From: an uncultured Pseudoclavibacter sp.
GTDB lineage: Bacteria; Actinomycetota; Actinomycetes; Actinomycetales; Microbacteriaceae
Assembly (NCBI GenBank): GCA_946221025.1
Contig: CAMIMS010000003.1
Coordinates: 2,512-66,511 of the forward strand
Direction: 5' to 3'
DNA length: 64,000 bases
Shown here piece by piece: positions 9,812 through 20,364 of this stretch. The stretch's first letter is position 1. Each line of letters starts with the position of its first letter. The notes beneath the pieces are model-generated. The model ran no database searches and was not told where the DNA came from. It was given only the letters and a program-made list of their open reading frames with translations. Both the position numbers and the translations under genes were made by a program.

Positions 9812-10678
9812 ATGCTCGTGCAGCGCATCCGGGATCTGAGCGACCCGCGACTCGATGATTTCATTCGACTCACCGACGTCGCGCTTCGCCGCCGGCTCGA
9901 GCCGGAGGGCGGTCTGTACCTGGCCGAATCACCGAAAGTGATTCAGCGTGCGATTGAGGCCGGGCACCGCCCCCGGGCCGTGCTGCTCGCGGAAGAGTGG
10001 CTCCCAACGGTTGAACCGCTTCTGGAGGCATACCCGGAAACGCCTGTCTTCATCGGCACGGATGAACAGCTTGAGGGCATCACCGGGTTCCGAATGCACC
10101 GCGGCGCGATCGCGTCGATGCACAGGCCTGAGCTTGCGCAACCGGCCGATCTGCTCGCGAACGCGCGCACGGTCATGGTTCTCGAGGACGTTGTCGACCA
10201 TACGAATGTGGGTGCCGCGTTTCGGGCTGCGGCCGGTCTCGGGGCGGATGCGGTGCTCGTGACCGAGCGATGCGCCGACCCCCTCTACCGGCGAAGCGTT
10301 CGCGTCAGCATGGGCACGGTGCTGCAGGTGCCCTGGTCGCGCATCGGCCCGTGGAATGAGGCCGCTGAGGTGCTGCATGCGAACGGCTTTCATATCGCGG
10401 CCCTCGCGCTCAGCGACGACGCTGTCGCACTGCCCGAGTTCGCCGCGCACCGTCCGGACCGCGTCGCGATCGTGCTCGGCACGGAGGGGGATGGGCTCAG
10501 CCGCCACGCGCTTCGCGCGGCCGACTCCATCGTCACGATTCCAATGCAGCACGGGGTTGACTCGCTGAATGTCGCCGCCGCGAGCGCGGTCGCGCTCTAC
10601 GCCGTGACGAGTGCTCATCCCGGCCGGGCCGCCGAACCCGGCTCATCCCCGGCGAGTACCCTTCGATCCGACTCGTGA
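9812..10678 (+). CDS. TrmH/SpoU-family RNA 2'-O-methyltransferase
   Basis: AIVLGTEGDGLS...IPMQHGVDSLNVAAA are SPOUT motifs; start MLVQRIRDLSD. Confidence 0.82.
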   Translation: MLVQRIRDLSDPRLDDFIRLTDVALRRRLEPEGGLYLAESPKVIQRAIEAGHRPRAVLLAEEWLPTVEPLLEAYPETPVFIGTDEQLEGITGFRMHRGAIASMHRPELAQPADLLANARTVMVLEDVVDHTNVGAAFRAAAGLGADAVLVTERCADPLYRRSVRVSMGTVLQVPWSRIGPWNEAAEVLHANGFHIAALALSDDAVALPEFAAHRPDRVAIVLGTEGDGLSRHALRAADSIVTIPMQHGVDSLNVAAASAVALYAVTSAHPGRAAEPGSSPASTLRSDS

Positions 10679-11274
10679 ACGAAAGGGGACCGCTCGTGCG
10701 CCTGCATCGGACGCTGCCCCTGTTCGCCGTGGGAATGAGCGTGGCGCTGCTGCTGCAGGGCTGCTCACCGCTTGACGAGACCCCGGTTCCCGACGCGCAA
10801 CCCGAGGGGCCAACGGCATGCGATGGCGTGGCCCGGCAGAGTGTCGAAGCGATCGTCGGTCGGCCCGCGAAGTCGTATCAGTTCGGGGACTGGCGAACGA
10901 TCCGCGAAACGGGCTTCTCATGCGAGGTCGATAGCCCGCACGGCGCGATCGATATTCGAGTCACACCGCTCTCGCGCGAGGACAAGGGCGCCGAAGCCGC
11001 CGAGCGCGTGACCGAGTGGCGGGATGCCGGCGGCGATCCGATCGAGACCGACCTCGCGCCGGGTGAGGGGTACCTGTTCGGCGAGCCCGGCCAGGTGATC
11101 ACCGCCGCGTGGGTGTGCACCGATCGAAGCCTCGAGGTAGTGCTGCAGGACGTGTGGATCGACGACCGCCGCGATCAACGTCAGGACGCGCAGAACCTGC
11201 TGTTCTCCCTCCTGCCGTACACCTGCGCTCAGCAGCAGGTGCCGGGCGTCGACTACACCGAGCCAGAGAAATAG
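10675..11274 (+). CDS. lipoprotein (hypothetical)
   Basis: signal peptide with lipobox LLQGC; GTG start overlapping upstream stop, alternative GTG at about 10696. Confidence 0.6.
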   Translation: MNERGPLVRLHRTLPLFAVGMSVALLLQGCSPLDETPVPDAQPEGPTACDGVARQSVEAIVGRPAKSYQFGDWRTIRETGFSCEVDSPHGAIDIRVTPLSREDKGAEAAERVTEWRDAGGDPIETDLAPGEGYLFGEPGQVITAAWVCTDRSLEVVLQDVWIDDRRDQRQDAQNLLFSLLPYTCAQQQVPGVDYTEPEK

Positions 11275-11318
11275 GCGCACCGTTCGCGGTGTCGGAGGGC
11301 GGGTCTACGGTAGACGGC

Positions 11319-12527
11319 ATGTCTTCTAAGGTTCAGCAGGTTCTTCCCGACGCGATGCTCGCGCGCTTTCGTGAGCGGGCCGGTGGCTACGACGAGTCGA
11401 ACTCGTTCCCAAACGAGGACCTTCAGGAGCTTCGAGAATCGGGCTACCTGCGCGCCCTCGTGCCGACCGAAATGGGCGGGCTCGGGTGGAGTCTCGAAGA
11501 GACATGCCGCGCACAGCGTCGCCTCGGTGCGCACGCTCCCGCGACGGCGCTCGCCGTGAACATGCATCTCATTTGGGCGGGCGTCGGCCGTCTGCTGCAC
11601 GCGGTGGGTGACGACACGGCTGACGGCGTGCTGCGCGATATTGCGAACGGCGAGGTCTACGCGCTCGGCATCTCAGAACCCGGTAATGACCTGGCCCTGC
11701 TCGACTCAGTCGTCGAGGCGACCCCGGATGGTCAGGGCGGCTACACCTACACCGGAACGAAGATCTTCACATCGCTCTCGCCGGTTTGGACGCGGCTTGG
11801 CATCTTCGGGCGCGACGATTCGGGCGACGAACCCCGCCTTATGCACGGTGTCGTACTGCGCGACGACGCCGGCGTCGAGATTCTCGAAGACTGGAACACC
11901 GTCGGGATGCGGGCGACGCAGTCGCACACCACCCGACTGAACAGCGTGCACATTCCGGCAGAACGCATTCTCGCCGCGGTACCCGTGGGGCCAAATGCGC
12001 ATCCGCTCATGTTCGGCATCTTCTCGAACTTCCTGCTGCTGCTTTCTTCGGTGTACCTCGGCATCAGCGACCGCGCGATCGAGCTGTCGGTCGAAGCGGC
12101 GAACGCGCGCACGCGGCGTTCGGCCGCAGGCGCGACGCTCGCGGCCGACCCGGTGGTTCGCGATGAGGTGGCGCGCATGGCGATGCGGCAGGAGGTGAGC
12201 GCGACCCTCGTCTCGGCAACCGCCCACGGAATCGATGCGCTTGCCGCATCCGGTTCGCTCGAGGGTGCGCCCATGTGGTTCCCGAAGCTGCAGTTGTCCA
12301 AGCACGAGGCAACGCGCACGGCGCGCGAAAACGTCGAAGCGGCGCTCGGCATCGTTGGGGGAGCGGCGATGCGACGTGATCACGAGCTGGCACGCCTGTA
12401 TCGCGATGTCGCCGCCGGCATCTTCCACCCCTCGCAAGATCGCTCAGTGCGCGAAGCATTCGCGGCGGGGCTTTTCCCGCCCTCGAGTGACGACGCTTCT
12501 GCGGAAGGCGCTGACTCTTCGCGATGA
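11319..12527 (+). CDS. acyl-CoA dehydrogenase family protein
   Basis: 402 aa; ACAD-like fold features (ELRESGYLRALVPTEMGG, GTKIFTS) ; start MSSKVQQ. Confidence 0.78.
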   Translation: MSSKVQQVLPDAMLARFRERAGGYDESNSFPNEDLQELRESGYLRALVPTEMGGLGWSLEETCRAQRRLGAHAPATALAVNMHLIWAGVGRLLHAVGDDTADGVLRDIANGEVYALGISEPGNDLALLDSVVEATPDGQGGYTYTGTKIFTSLSPVWTRLGIFGRDDSGDEPRLMHGVVLRDDAGVEILEDWNTVGMRATQSHTTRLNSVHIPAERILAAVPVGPNAHPLMFGIFSNFLLLLSSVYLGISDRAIELSVEAANARTRRSAAGATLAADPVVRDEVARMAMRQEVSATLVSATAHGIDALAASGSLEGAPMWFPKLQLSKHEATRTARENVEAALGIVGGAAMRRDHELARLYRDVAAGIFHPSQDRSVREAFAAGLFPPSSDDASAEGADSSR

Positions 12528-14305
12528 CGGGTCCCGATACTCGCCCGGTTGGTCTGAGTGCCGCCGAGCATCTCTCACCGGCGTTCCCGGAGCGCGCGCC
12601 CTGGGGAACCGCAGGGTCTCTGCGCGCCTGGCAGCAACAGGCCCTCGATGCGTACTTCGAACGCGAACCCCGGGACTTTCTCGCCGCCGCGACCCCGGGT
12701 GCCGGTAAGACGACGTTCGCGCTTCGCCTGGCGGCGGAGCTGCTGAACCGCGGCACCGTGAATCGCGTCACCGTCGTCGCTCCCACCGACCACTTGAAGA
12801 CCCAGTGGGCCGAAGCCGCGGCGCGCGTCGGCATCCGGTTGAACCCGCGGTTCGGCAATCAGAGCGGCGGGCTCACGCGCGACTTCCACGGGATCGCTGT
12901 GACGTACGCGCAGGTCGCGATGAAACCTTCCGTGCACGAGACCATGACCGTGAACGGCCGCACGCTCGTGATTCTCGATGAGGTGCACCACGGCGGCGAT
13001 GCGCTCAGCTGGGGCGATGGCATCCGCGAGGCGTTTCAGCACGCCGAGCGGCGGCTGCTGCTCACCGGAACCCCGTTCCGCTCCGACACCGCGCCCATTC
13101 CATTCGTGACCTATGCGCCGGATGAGACCGGGGCGCGCACCTCGGTCACCGACTACAGCTACGGGTACGCCAGGGCCCTCGAAGATGGCGTCGTTCGCCC
13201 GGTGATCTTCATGGCCTACGGGGGGCTTGTGAAGTGGCGCTCCACATCCGGCGACGATATGGCCGCGGGACTTGCCGAAGACAACACGAAAGACATCACC
13301 TCGCAGGCATGGCGCACCGCGCTCGACCCGGGCGGACAGTGGATGCCGCAGGTGCTGACCGCGGCGAACAAACGCCTCGATGAGGTGCGTGAACGCATCC
13401 CGGATGCGGGCGGACTCGTGATCGCGAGCGACCACGAAACGGCGCGCGCCTATGCGGCACTGCTGCACCAGATCACAGGCGAGCAGCCCGCGCTCATCCT
13501 CTCTGACGACGCGGGCGCATCCGACCGCATCACCGAGTTCTCGGAATCAACCGAACGGTGGATGGTCGCGGTTCGCATGGTGTCCGAAGGGGTCGACGTG
13601 CCGCGCCTGTGCGTCGGTGTGTACGCGACGAACGCATCCACCCCGCTGTTCTTCGCCCAGGCCATCGGCCGCTTCGTGCGCGCCAGGCGCCGCGGCGAGG
13701 TCGCGACCGTGTTCCTCCCGACGGTGCCGGTGCTCATGAACCTCGCCCGTGAACTCGAGCGACAGCGCGATCACGTGCTCGACCGGCAGGGCACCGATGT
13801 CGACCAGGAGCAGTCGCTGCTGGATGCGGCTGAGCGCCCCGATCGCGCATCCGATCAGCTTGAGCGGGTGAGCTTTCAAGCGGTCTCATCGGAGGCGAGC
13901 TTCGAGCGGGTGCTCTACGACGGCGGCGACTTCGGATTCACCGCCGAAGTCGGCAGTGAGGAGGAGCTCGAGTACCTCGGGCTTCCCGGCATTCTCGAGC
14001 CCGAGCAGGTGCGTCAGGTGCTCGCCCAGCGTCAACAACGACAGAGCCGGATGCAGGATGAGCGAGCGAAAGCGAACCCCACGCCTCCCGCCGAGCAGGC
14101 ACCGCGCACGATGCACCGAACCCTCAAGGAGCAGCGCACCCTGCTGAACTCGCTCGTGGGGCTTGCGGCGAAGCAGACGGGCGAGCCGCACGGCGTGATT
14201 CACGCGAGGCTTCGTCGTCAGTGCGGAGGGCCGGCCGTCGCGCAGGCGACGGTCACGCAGCTGCAGCAGCGCATCGACGCGTTGCGGCGAACGCTTCGCG
14301 AGTGA
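12524..14305 (+). CDS. superfamily-2 DEAD/DEAH-box helicase (type III restriction res-like domain)
   Basis: Walker A TPGAGKT, DEVHH box, TGTPFR motif III; 593 aa. Confidence 0.85.
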   Translation: MTGPDTRPVGLSAAEHLSPAFPERAPWGTAGSLRAWQQQALDAYFEREPRDFLAAATPGAGKTTFALRLAAELLNRGTVNRVTVVAPTDHLKTQWAEAAARVGIRLNPRFGNQSGGLTRDFHGIAVTYAQVAMKPSVHETMTVNGRTLVILDEVHHGGDALSWGDGIREAFQHAERRLLLTGTPFRSDTAPIPFVTYAPDETGARTSVTDYSYGYARALEDGVVRPVIFMAYGGLVKWRSTSGDDMAAGLAEDNTKDITSQAWRTALDPGGQWMPQVLTAANKRLDEVRERIPDAGGLVIASDHETARAYAALLHQITGEQPALILSDDAGASDRITEFSESTERWMVAVRMVSEGVDVPRLCVGVYATNASTPLFFAQAIGRFVRARRRGEVATVFLPTVPVLMNLARELERQRDHVLDRQGTDVDQEQSLLDAAERPDRASDQLERVSFQAVSSEASFERVLYDGGDFGFTAEVGSEEELEYLGLPGILEPEQVRQVLAQRQQRQSRMQDERAKANPTPPAEQAPRTMHRTLKEQRTLLNSLVGLAAKQTGEPHGVIHARLRRQCGGPAVAQATVTQLQQRIDALRRTLRE

Positions 14306-14326
14306 GCGAGCTCAGCTCCCGCCGCT

Positions 14327-15010
14327 TCAGTCGTCGACGGCCGATCGAGGCTCGTTCGCAGCTGACCCCGCGCCGCGGAGTCGCACCTTCGTCCAGATGA
14401 ACCAGGCGATGCCCGCGACGATCAGCGCGATGATGATGGCCTGCAGGATGTGGGCGTATTCGAGGACGAGCGTCCAGTTCTCGCCGAGCAGATACCCGGC
14501 GCCGATGAACAGCACGTTCCAGATCCCGGTGCCGATGAACGACAGCACGCCGAATCTCCACTGACTCATTCGGTTGATACCGGCCGGGATGGAAATGAAC
14601 ACCCGGAAGATCGGCATCATTCGCCCGAAGAAGATCACTTTCTCTCCGTGGCGCTCAAACCAGGCGATCGTGCGCTCGATATCGCTCGCATCCACCAGCG
14701 GAATCTTCGAGAAGATGCGAACGGTGCGCCGGTGACCAAGCAGCCGCCCGATCCAGTACATCGTGAATGCGCCCGCGGTCGCGATCACGGTCGAGCCGAA
14801 GATCGCCCATCCGAGGCCCATCTTTCCCTGCTGAACCGCGAGCCCGACCAGTGGCAGCACGATCTCGCTCGGCACAGCCGGGATGAAGTTCTCGGCGAAC
14901 ACGAGGAACCAGAGCCCCGGAACGCCGAGCACATCCACCAGCCACATGACCCATTCGCCGACCACGCCAATCGCGCTATCCGATTGCGCGAAGGGGGAGA
15001 GCGGGGGCAT
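14327..15010 (-). CDS. DedA/SNARE-associated family membrane protein
   Basis: ENFIPAVPSEIVLPLVG...KVIFFGRMMPIFR are DedA motifs; start MPPLSPF chosen. Confidence 0.8.
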   Translation of the reverse strand: MPPLSPFAQSDSAIGVVGEWVMWLVDVLGVPGLWFLVFAENFIPAVPSEIVLPLVGLAVQQGKMGLGWAIFGSTVIATAGAFTMYWIGRLLGHRRTVRIFSKIPLVDASDIERTIAWFERHGEKVIFFGRMMPIFRVFISIPAGINRMSQWRFGVLSFIGTGIWNVLFIGAGYLLGENWTLVLEYAHILQAIIIALIVAGIAWFIWTKVRLRGAGSAANEPRSAVDD

Positions 15011-15135
15011 GGGGCGGAGTCCTTCCGAAGGTTGACCACTCACCGTAACGGGGCGCCCTGCCCGTGACCTTGGGCGGATGCGAGCACCCCCGGGCATGGA
15101 CCACCGAGTGTCCATCAGAGGCCTGCGTGCTCGAA

Positions 15136-15171
15136 AAAGCCCCGGTGAGGGTTTCTCTCAACCGGGGCTTT
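15136..15171. terminator. hairpin terminator downstream of tRNA-Leu (bidirectional)
   Basis: aaagccccgg-16 nt loop-ccggggcttt; followed by a T5 run on the minus strand, 9 nt after the tRNA 3' end. Confidence 0.6.
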
Positions 15172-15180
15172 TCACCTGCG

Positions 15181-15266
15181 TGCGCGAGGGGGGACTTGAA
15201 CCCCCACGCCCTAATACGGGCACTAGCACCTCAAGCTAGCGCGTCTGCCTATTCCGCCACCCGCGC
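15181..15266 (-). tRNA. tRNA-Leu (anticodon GAG), type II with long variable arm, CCA not encoded
   Basis: hand-folded cloverleaf: acceptor GCGCGGG/CTCGCGC, 3-bp D-stem, anticodon loop TTGAGGT, 17-nt variable arm, T-arm GGGGG-TTCAAGT-CCCCC. Confidence 0.85.
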
Positions 15267-15337
15267 AGGTCTGGCGTGCATGAGCACGAAGAAGAACCTT
15301 ACCAGCGTCGCGACGGGCCGAGCAACTCATCCGCACC

Positions 15338-16699
15338 GTGAGTCGGGCCGGTAGCGTCGTGGTCATGGTGCCCGAGTCAGATCAGTCCCTTTCCGCCGGC
15401 GACACGCTCGAGAACGAGCCGGTCATCGCCACCACGAGAGACCTCATCCGGATGGATACGACCAACTACGGTCGTGGCAAATCCAACGGTGAGGCCGAGG
15501 CGGCCGAGTACATCGCAGACCGGTTGAAGGCGCTCGATCTCGATGTCACGATGCTCGAATCTGAGCCTGAGCGCGTGAGCCTCGTCACCCGAATCTCGGG
15601 GGCGAATCCCGAAAAGCCGGCACTCGTGGTGCACGGGCACACCGATGTGGTTCCCGCCGACCCGGCGGATTGGAGCGTAGATCCGTTCTCGGCCGAGATT
15701 CGCGACGGATGCATCTGGGGTCGCGGCGCAGTCGACATGAAGGATATGGACGCGATGATCCTCACGAGCCTGGAGGACATCATTCGCTCTGGCCGCCGGC
15801 CCGAACGAGACCTCATCGTCGCCTTCTTTGCCGATGAGGAGGACTCCGGTCACCTCGGGTCGCGGTACGTCGTCGATAACCGTCCCGACCTCTTCGAGGG
15901 CGCGACCGAAGCGATCTCTGAGGTCGGCGGCTACTCGGTGAATATCGGCGACAAGCGCGCGTACCTGCTGCAAACCGGCGAGAAAGCGCTCATGTGGCTC
16001 ACCCTTCGCGTGAAGCGTCCGGCCGGTCACGGCTCGCGCCTCGTTCCGGCGGAGAACAACGCCATTAGCGTGCTCGCGGGCGCGATCGCGCGGCTCGTCG
16101 AGCACGAATGGCCGGTTCGCCTGAACGAGACCACCGAGCAAATGGTCGATGCGCTCTCGCAACTCCTCGGCATGGACGGATCAGACCCCCACGCCGTGGC
16201 GACAAAGTCCGGCAAAGCGGCGGGCTTCCTCACCGCGAGCCTGCGCACCACCGTCAACCCGACCATGCTCAACGCCGGTTACAAGCACAATGTGATTCCC
16301 GAAACCGCGAGCGTCGCGATCGACGTTCGCCCGTTCCCGGATGAAGAGGATGCGGTCCTCGCCGAGATTCAGCGCATCGTTGGCGACGACATCGAAATCG
16401 AGACGAACTCGCGCGATGTCGGCACGCGCGCTCCCGTCGACTCGCCGCTGACGCAGACCGCCACGAGCATCCTCGAGCGCCATGACCCCGGCGCCCAGGT
16501 CGTCCCGTACTTCCTGTCGGCCGGCACTGACAACAAGGCCCTGTCGCGACTTGGCATCAACGGCTACGGGTTCGTGCCCCTGAAGCTGCCCGCCGACATG
16601 GACTTCCCGGCCATGTTCCACGGGGTGGATGAGCGCGTGCCGCTCGAATCGCTCGTGTTCGGCAAGCAGGTGCTCACCGACTTCCTGCTCGAGTACTGA
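15338..16699 (+). CDS. M20 family metallopeptidase (DapE/ArgE-like)
   Basis: VVHGHTDVVPAD...GRGAVDMKD are M20 metal-binding motifs; GTG at 15338 or ATG at 15365. Confidence 0.82.
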   Translation: MSRAGSVVVMVPESDQSLSAGDTLENEPVIATTRDLIRMDTTNYGRGKSNGEAEAAEYIADRLKALDLDVTMLESEPERVSLVTRISGANPEKPALVVHGHTDVVPADPADWSVDPFSAEIRDGCIWGRGAVDMKDMDAMILTSLEDIIRSGRRPERDLIVAFFADEEDSGHLGSRYVVDNRPDLFEGATEAISEVGGYSVNIGDKRAYLLQTGEKALMWLTLRVKRPAGHGSRLVPAENNAISVLAGAIARLVEHEWPVRLNETTEQMVDALSQLLGMDGSDPHAVATKSGKAAGFLTASLRTTVNPTMLNAGYKHNVIPETASVAIDVRPFPDEEDAVLAEIQRIVGDDIEIETNSRDVGTRAPVDSPLTQTATSILERHDPGAQVVPYFLSAGTDNKALSRLGINGYGFVPLKLPADMDFPAMFHGVDERVPLESLVFGKQVLTDFLLEY

Positions 16700-16789
16700 G
16701 TCGCCACATAGCGCGGGGGGCGCGAGCGCGTACTATCGGCGGGTTCTCTCGCGCCGCCCGCGCGCCGCAAACGTCTAGAAGAGGTACGC

Positions 16790-17638
16790 ATGGATTGGTT
16801 CACGGCGATCGTGCTGGGACTCGTGCAGGGACTGACTGAGTTTCTGCCGATCTCATCCAGCGCGCACCTGCGGATCGTGGGGGAGTGGCTGGGTCAAGAC
16901 CCCGGCGCGTCGTTCACCGCGATCACGCAGATCGGCACCGAGATCGCCGTTCTCGTCTACTTCTGGCCGGACATCATCCGCATCATTCGCCAGTGGATCG
17001 GCTCGCTGACCGGCAAGGTCCCGAAGGACGATCCGGATGCGCGCATGGGCTGGTACGTGATCATCGGATCCATCCCGATCGTGCTCGCGGGCGTGCTCCT
17101 GCAGTCGCTCATCCGCACGACCTTCCGGTCGCTGTGGTTCACGGGCGTGATGCTCATCGTCTTCGGCATCATTCTCGGCGTGGCCGACATCCTCGGCCGC
17201 CAGCACAAGAAGCTCGAACAGCTGAACGCGCGCGACGGCATCATCTACGGCCTCGCACAGTGCCTCGCCCTCATCCCCGGCGTCTCGCGCTCTGGAGGAA
17301 CGCTCACGGCCGGGCGCATGCTCGGATACGACCGCGCCGCTGCGACGCGCTACGCATTCCTCCTCGCGATCCCCGCCGTGTTTGGCGCGGGGCTGCATGA
17401 GATCTATTCGGTGTTCACGGATGATGAGACCGCGGCCGTGTCGTGGGGTCCGACGATCATCGCCACGATCATCGCGGGCATCACCGGATGGCTCGTGATC
17501 AAGTTCCTGATGCAGTACGTCGAGCGTCACACCTATGTGCCGTTCGTGCTCTACCGCATCGCTCTTGGCACGCTGGTGCTGGTGCTGCTCGCCTTCGGTG
17601 TCATGTCGGGTGAGCCGCCGCAGGTTCCGGCGACCTAG
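16790..17638 (+). CDS. uppP: undecaprenyl-diphosphate phosphatase
   Basis: [27 protein letters not shown] is the BacA/UppP signature. Confidence 0.92.
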   Translation: MDWFTAIVLGLVQGLTEFLPISSSAHLRIVGEWLGQDPGASFTAITQIGTEIAVLVYFWPDIIRIIRQWIGSLTGKVPKDDPDARMGWYVIIGSIPIVLAGVLLQSLIRTTFRSLWFTGVMLIVFGIILGVADILGRQHKKLEQLNARDGIIYGLAQCLALIPGVSRSGGTLTAGRMLGYDRAAATRYAFLLAIPAVFGAGLHEIYSVFTDDETAAVSWGPTIIATIIAGITGWLVIKFLMQYVERHTYVPFVLYRIALGTLVLVLLAFGVMSGEPPQVPAT

Positions 17639-17679
17639 CCGTCCGGATCCGTCCAACATCGCCCAGTTAGGCTTCGCGG

Positions 17680-18981
17680 GTGCGAGAGATTGCGAGCTGG
17701 CCACGCCCCGAAGTGCCGAAGCTTCCGGGCAAGAACGACCCGATCGGCATCTTCGATGGTCGCTTCGGTGAGGTTCGCCAAAGCGACAACGGCGAAACAG
17801 CGACGCTGTACGTCTGCGGCATCACGCCGTACGACGCCACCCACCTCGGTCACGCCGCCACCTACATCGCCTTCGACACGCTGCAGCGCGCGTGGCTTGA
17901 TGCGGGGCTCCAGGTGCGAACCGCGCAGAACGTGACCGATGTCGACGATCCGCTTTTCGAACGGGCGAACGCCACCGGCGCCGACTGGCGAGCACTCGCA
18001 AAAGCGCAAACCGATCTCTTCCGCGCCGATATGACGGCCCTTCGGGTCATTCCGCCCGACCACTACGTGCGGGTTCAGGATGCGGTCGATGAGATCGCAT
18101 CCGCGGTCGCCGCCCTCATCGAGCGCGACCTCGCGTATGACGTGCCGATCGACGAGAACGCCGACCCGAAGCCCGTCGATGAGAACGCGCGCGATATCTA
18201 TTTCGATCTCGAGCGCGCCCAGCGGCTTCCGGGCGTGCTTCAGACGATGGATGTCTCTCGCTTTGAGCCGATCGACCTCGAATACGTGTTTCGTGAGTTC
18301 GGCGGAGACCCGGACCGCCCAGGCAAACGCGGCCGGCTGGATCCGCTCCTGTGGCGCGCCGCCAGGCAGGGCGAACCTGCCTGGGAGACGAGCGTTGGCC
18401 TGGGCCGGCCCGGTTGGCACATCGAGTGCGCCTGCATCGCGAATGGCACGCTCGGGGAGACCGTCACCGTGCAGGGCGGCGGACGCGACCTGACCTTCCC
18501 GCATCACGAGATGAGCGCTCAGCACGCGAGCGCCCTGACCGGCAAGCCGTTCGCGCGCACTTTCCTGCACGCCGGTCTCATTGCCTACCGGGGCGAGAAG
18601 ATGTCGAAGTCGCTCGGAAACCTCGTCCTCGTCTCAAAGCTCGTCGAAGCCGGTGTAGATCCGGCCGCGATTCGCCTCGCGATCCTGTCTCACCGCTACT
18701 CGGCCGATTGGGAGTGGACCGACGGTGGCTTGGCGACTGCCGCAGCGAGGCTCGGTGTGTGGCGAAACGCGCTCCGGCGCCTGCGCGCGGGGAACGCCGC
18801 GAGTGCGGAGGTGACCGGAGACGCGGACCCCTCGCCGACGCTCACGCGCATGCGTGCCGCGCTCGCGAACGACCTCGACACCCCCGCCGCAATCGCAGCC
18901 GTTGATGCCTGGGCCGAGAACCCGTCCGGACAGCGCGATGTTCCCGCGGCCGTGGATGCGCTCCTGGGCATCAGACTGTGA
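17680..18981 (+). CDS. mshC: cysteine:1D-myo-inosityl 2-amino-2-deoxy-alpha-D-glucopyranoside ligase (mycothiol ligase)
   Basis: SWPRPEVPKLPG...YVCGITPYDATHLGHAATY...KMSKSLGN is a CysRS paralog with the MshC N-terminus; GTG start. Confidence 0.9.
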   Translation: MREIASWPRPEVPKLPGKNDPIGIFDGRFGEVRQSDNGETATLYVCGITPYDATHLGHAATYIAFDTLQRAWLDAGLQVRTAQNVTDVDDPLFERANATGADWRALAKAQTDLFRADMTALRVIPPDHYVRVQDAVDEIASAVAALIERDLAYDVPIDENADPKPVDENARDIYFDLERAQRLPGVLQTMDVSRFEPIDLEYVFREFGGDPDRPGKRGRLDPLLWRAARQGEPAWETSVGLGRPGWHIECACIANGTLGETVTVQGGGRDLTFPHHEMSAQHASALTGKPFARTFLHAGLIAYRGEKMSKSLGNLVLVSKLVEAGVDPAAIRLAILSHRYSADWEWTDGGLATAAARLGVWRNALRRLRAGNAASAEVTGDADPSPTLTRMRAALANDLDTPAAIAAVDAWAENPSGQRDVPAAVDALLGIRL

Positions 18982-19012
18982 CGCTCCAGGTGCGCATCCT
19001 GCAGTTTGAGCG

Positions 19013-19822
19013 TTAGAACGCGCGGTTTTCCTCCGCAGCAATGACGGCTATCTCGGTGCCAGAGTCGGGGTCTCGAGCGAGTAGCTCGCCGAGGTCGGGG
19101 CGGTGGGTGGCCAAGAAGCCGTGGCGAATCGACGTCGCGATGCTCGCGAGCATTGGCGGCTGGAAGGCAAAGAGCCCCGGTGTCGCGAGAAGCCGGTCGC
19201 GGTAGTCGGCGAGCGAGATCTCAACCACCGGCGCTCCCAGGCGCAGTGCCACGTCTGCGATCGTGAATGCGGGCCCGGTCAAGTCGTAGGTTCGACCGAC
19301 GTGCTGGTGCGCGGCAACGGCAACCCGCGCGGCAGCTTCCGCGAGGTTTTCGCGAGTGGCCGCGGCAACGGCGCCTGATCCGAAGGGAGAAAGGATTCTT
19401 TCCTCATCCCAAATGACCAAACCGCCAATGAGCTCGGCGTAGAGGCCGTTTCGCAGGATCGTCCACCCAATCCCGCTCTCCATGATCATGCGCTCCGTGG
19501 CCCGATGGGCAAGGGCGAACGCGAGATGGTCGCCCTCCGCGGCAAGGCTCGTATAGATCACGTGATTGACGCCATCGCGCTTAGCCGCATCCAGAACGTT
19601 GCCGTGCCGCGCCACCACCGAATCGTCTTCCGCATAGCCCGCAGAGACGAGCACCAGCGTCGAAACGCCGCGCAGGTCCAGTGTGGATGGCCGGTCGAAG
19701 TCCATGAGCATCCCATCCGCGTCCGGGGTGCGGCTCCCACCTATCACATCTGCTCCGAGCTCGCGGATGTGGTGAAGGATTCGGGAGCCGAGGTGGCCGT
19801 TTGCGCCGGTGACGAGAATCAT
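19013..19822 (-). CDS. NmrA-family NAD(P)-binding oxidoreductase
   Basis: MILVTGANGHLGSRIL is a Rossmann motif; divergent from an HxlR regulator (a common pairing). Confidence 0.8.
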   Translation of the reverse strand: MILVTGANGHLGSRILHHIRELGADVIGGSRTPDADGMLMDFDRPSTLDLRGVSTLVLVSAGYAEDDSVVARHGNVLDAAKRDGVNHVIYTSLAAEGDHLAFALAHRATERMIMESGIGWTILRNGLYAELIGGLVIWDEERILSPFGSGAVAAATRENLAEAAARVAVAAHQHVGRTYDLTGPAFTIADVALRLGAPVVEISLADYRDRLLATPGLFAFQPPMLASIATSIRHGFLATHRPDLGELLARDPDSGTEIAVIAAEENRAF

Positions 19823-19841
19823 CAGTCACGCCTTTCGTTGT

Positions 19842-19858
19842 GGTTATCGTGAGTAACC
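19842..19858. promoter_or_regulatory. imperfect inverted repeat GGTTAT-cgtga-GTAACC in the NmrA/HxlR divergent promoter
   Basis: seen directly; candidate operator of the HxlR-type regulator. Confidence 0.3.
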
Positions 19859-19917
19859 GGGTCGGGTTTCGACCTCATCCTGAGGCGCCGCGAATACCCG
19901 CACAAGGAGGCACTTTC

Positions 19918-20364
19918 ATGTCAGTCGGGCACACCGGAGTAACCGCCGCCTCGCGCGAAGATGCGGCGATGCTCGAACCCTGTGGGAGCGCCGATCACCC
20001 CGACTGCGGCATCCGGGATGTCCTCGATCGCGTGGGCGACAAGTGGTCGGTGCTCGTCATCGTCGAGCTGGCGTCGGGCCCCCGCCGATTTCGCGAGCTG
20101 CAGCGCGCGATCGACGGGATCTCTCAGCGGATGCTCACTGTGACGCTGCGCCGGCTCGAACGGGACGGACTCGTTATTCGCACGGTCTATCCGACCGTCC
20201 CCGCCCAGGTTGACTACCGACTCACGGGAATCGGCGCGAGCCTCACGCACCTCGTTAAAGCCCTCGCTGATTGGTCGCTCGAGCATCGAGCAGCCATCGC
20301 CCAGGCCCGAGTTGATTACGACGGGCGCGACGCATCGCCGAGCGCTTCAGCCGTGGATGCCTAG
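19918..20364 (+). CDS. HxlR-family winged-helix transcriptional regulator
   Basis: VLDRVGDKWSVLVIVELASGPRRFRELQRAI...TVPAQVDYRLT; AAGGAGG RBS 7 nt upstream of ATG 19918. Confidence 0.85.
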   Translation: MSVGHTGVTAASREDAAMLEPCGSADHPDCGIRDVLDRVGDKWSVLVIVELASGPRRFRELQRAIDGISQRMLTVTLRRLERDGLVIRTVYPTVPAQVDYRLTGIGASLTHLVKALADWSLEHRAAIAQARVDYDGRDASPSASAVDA

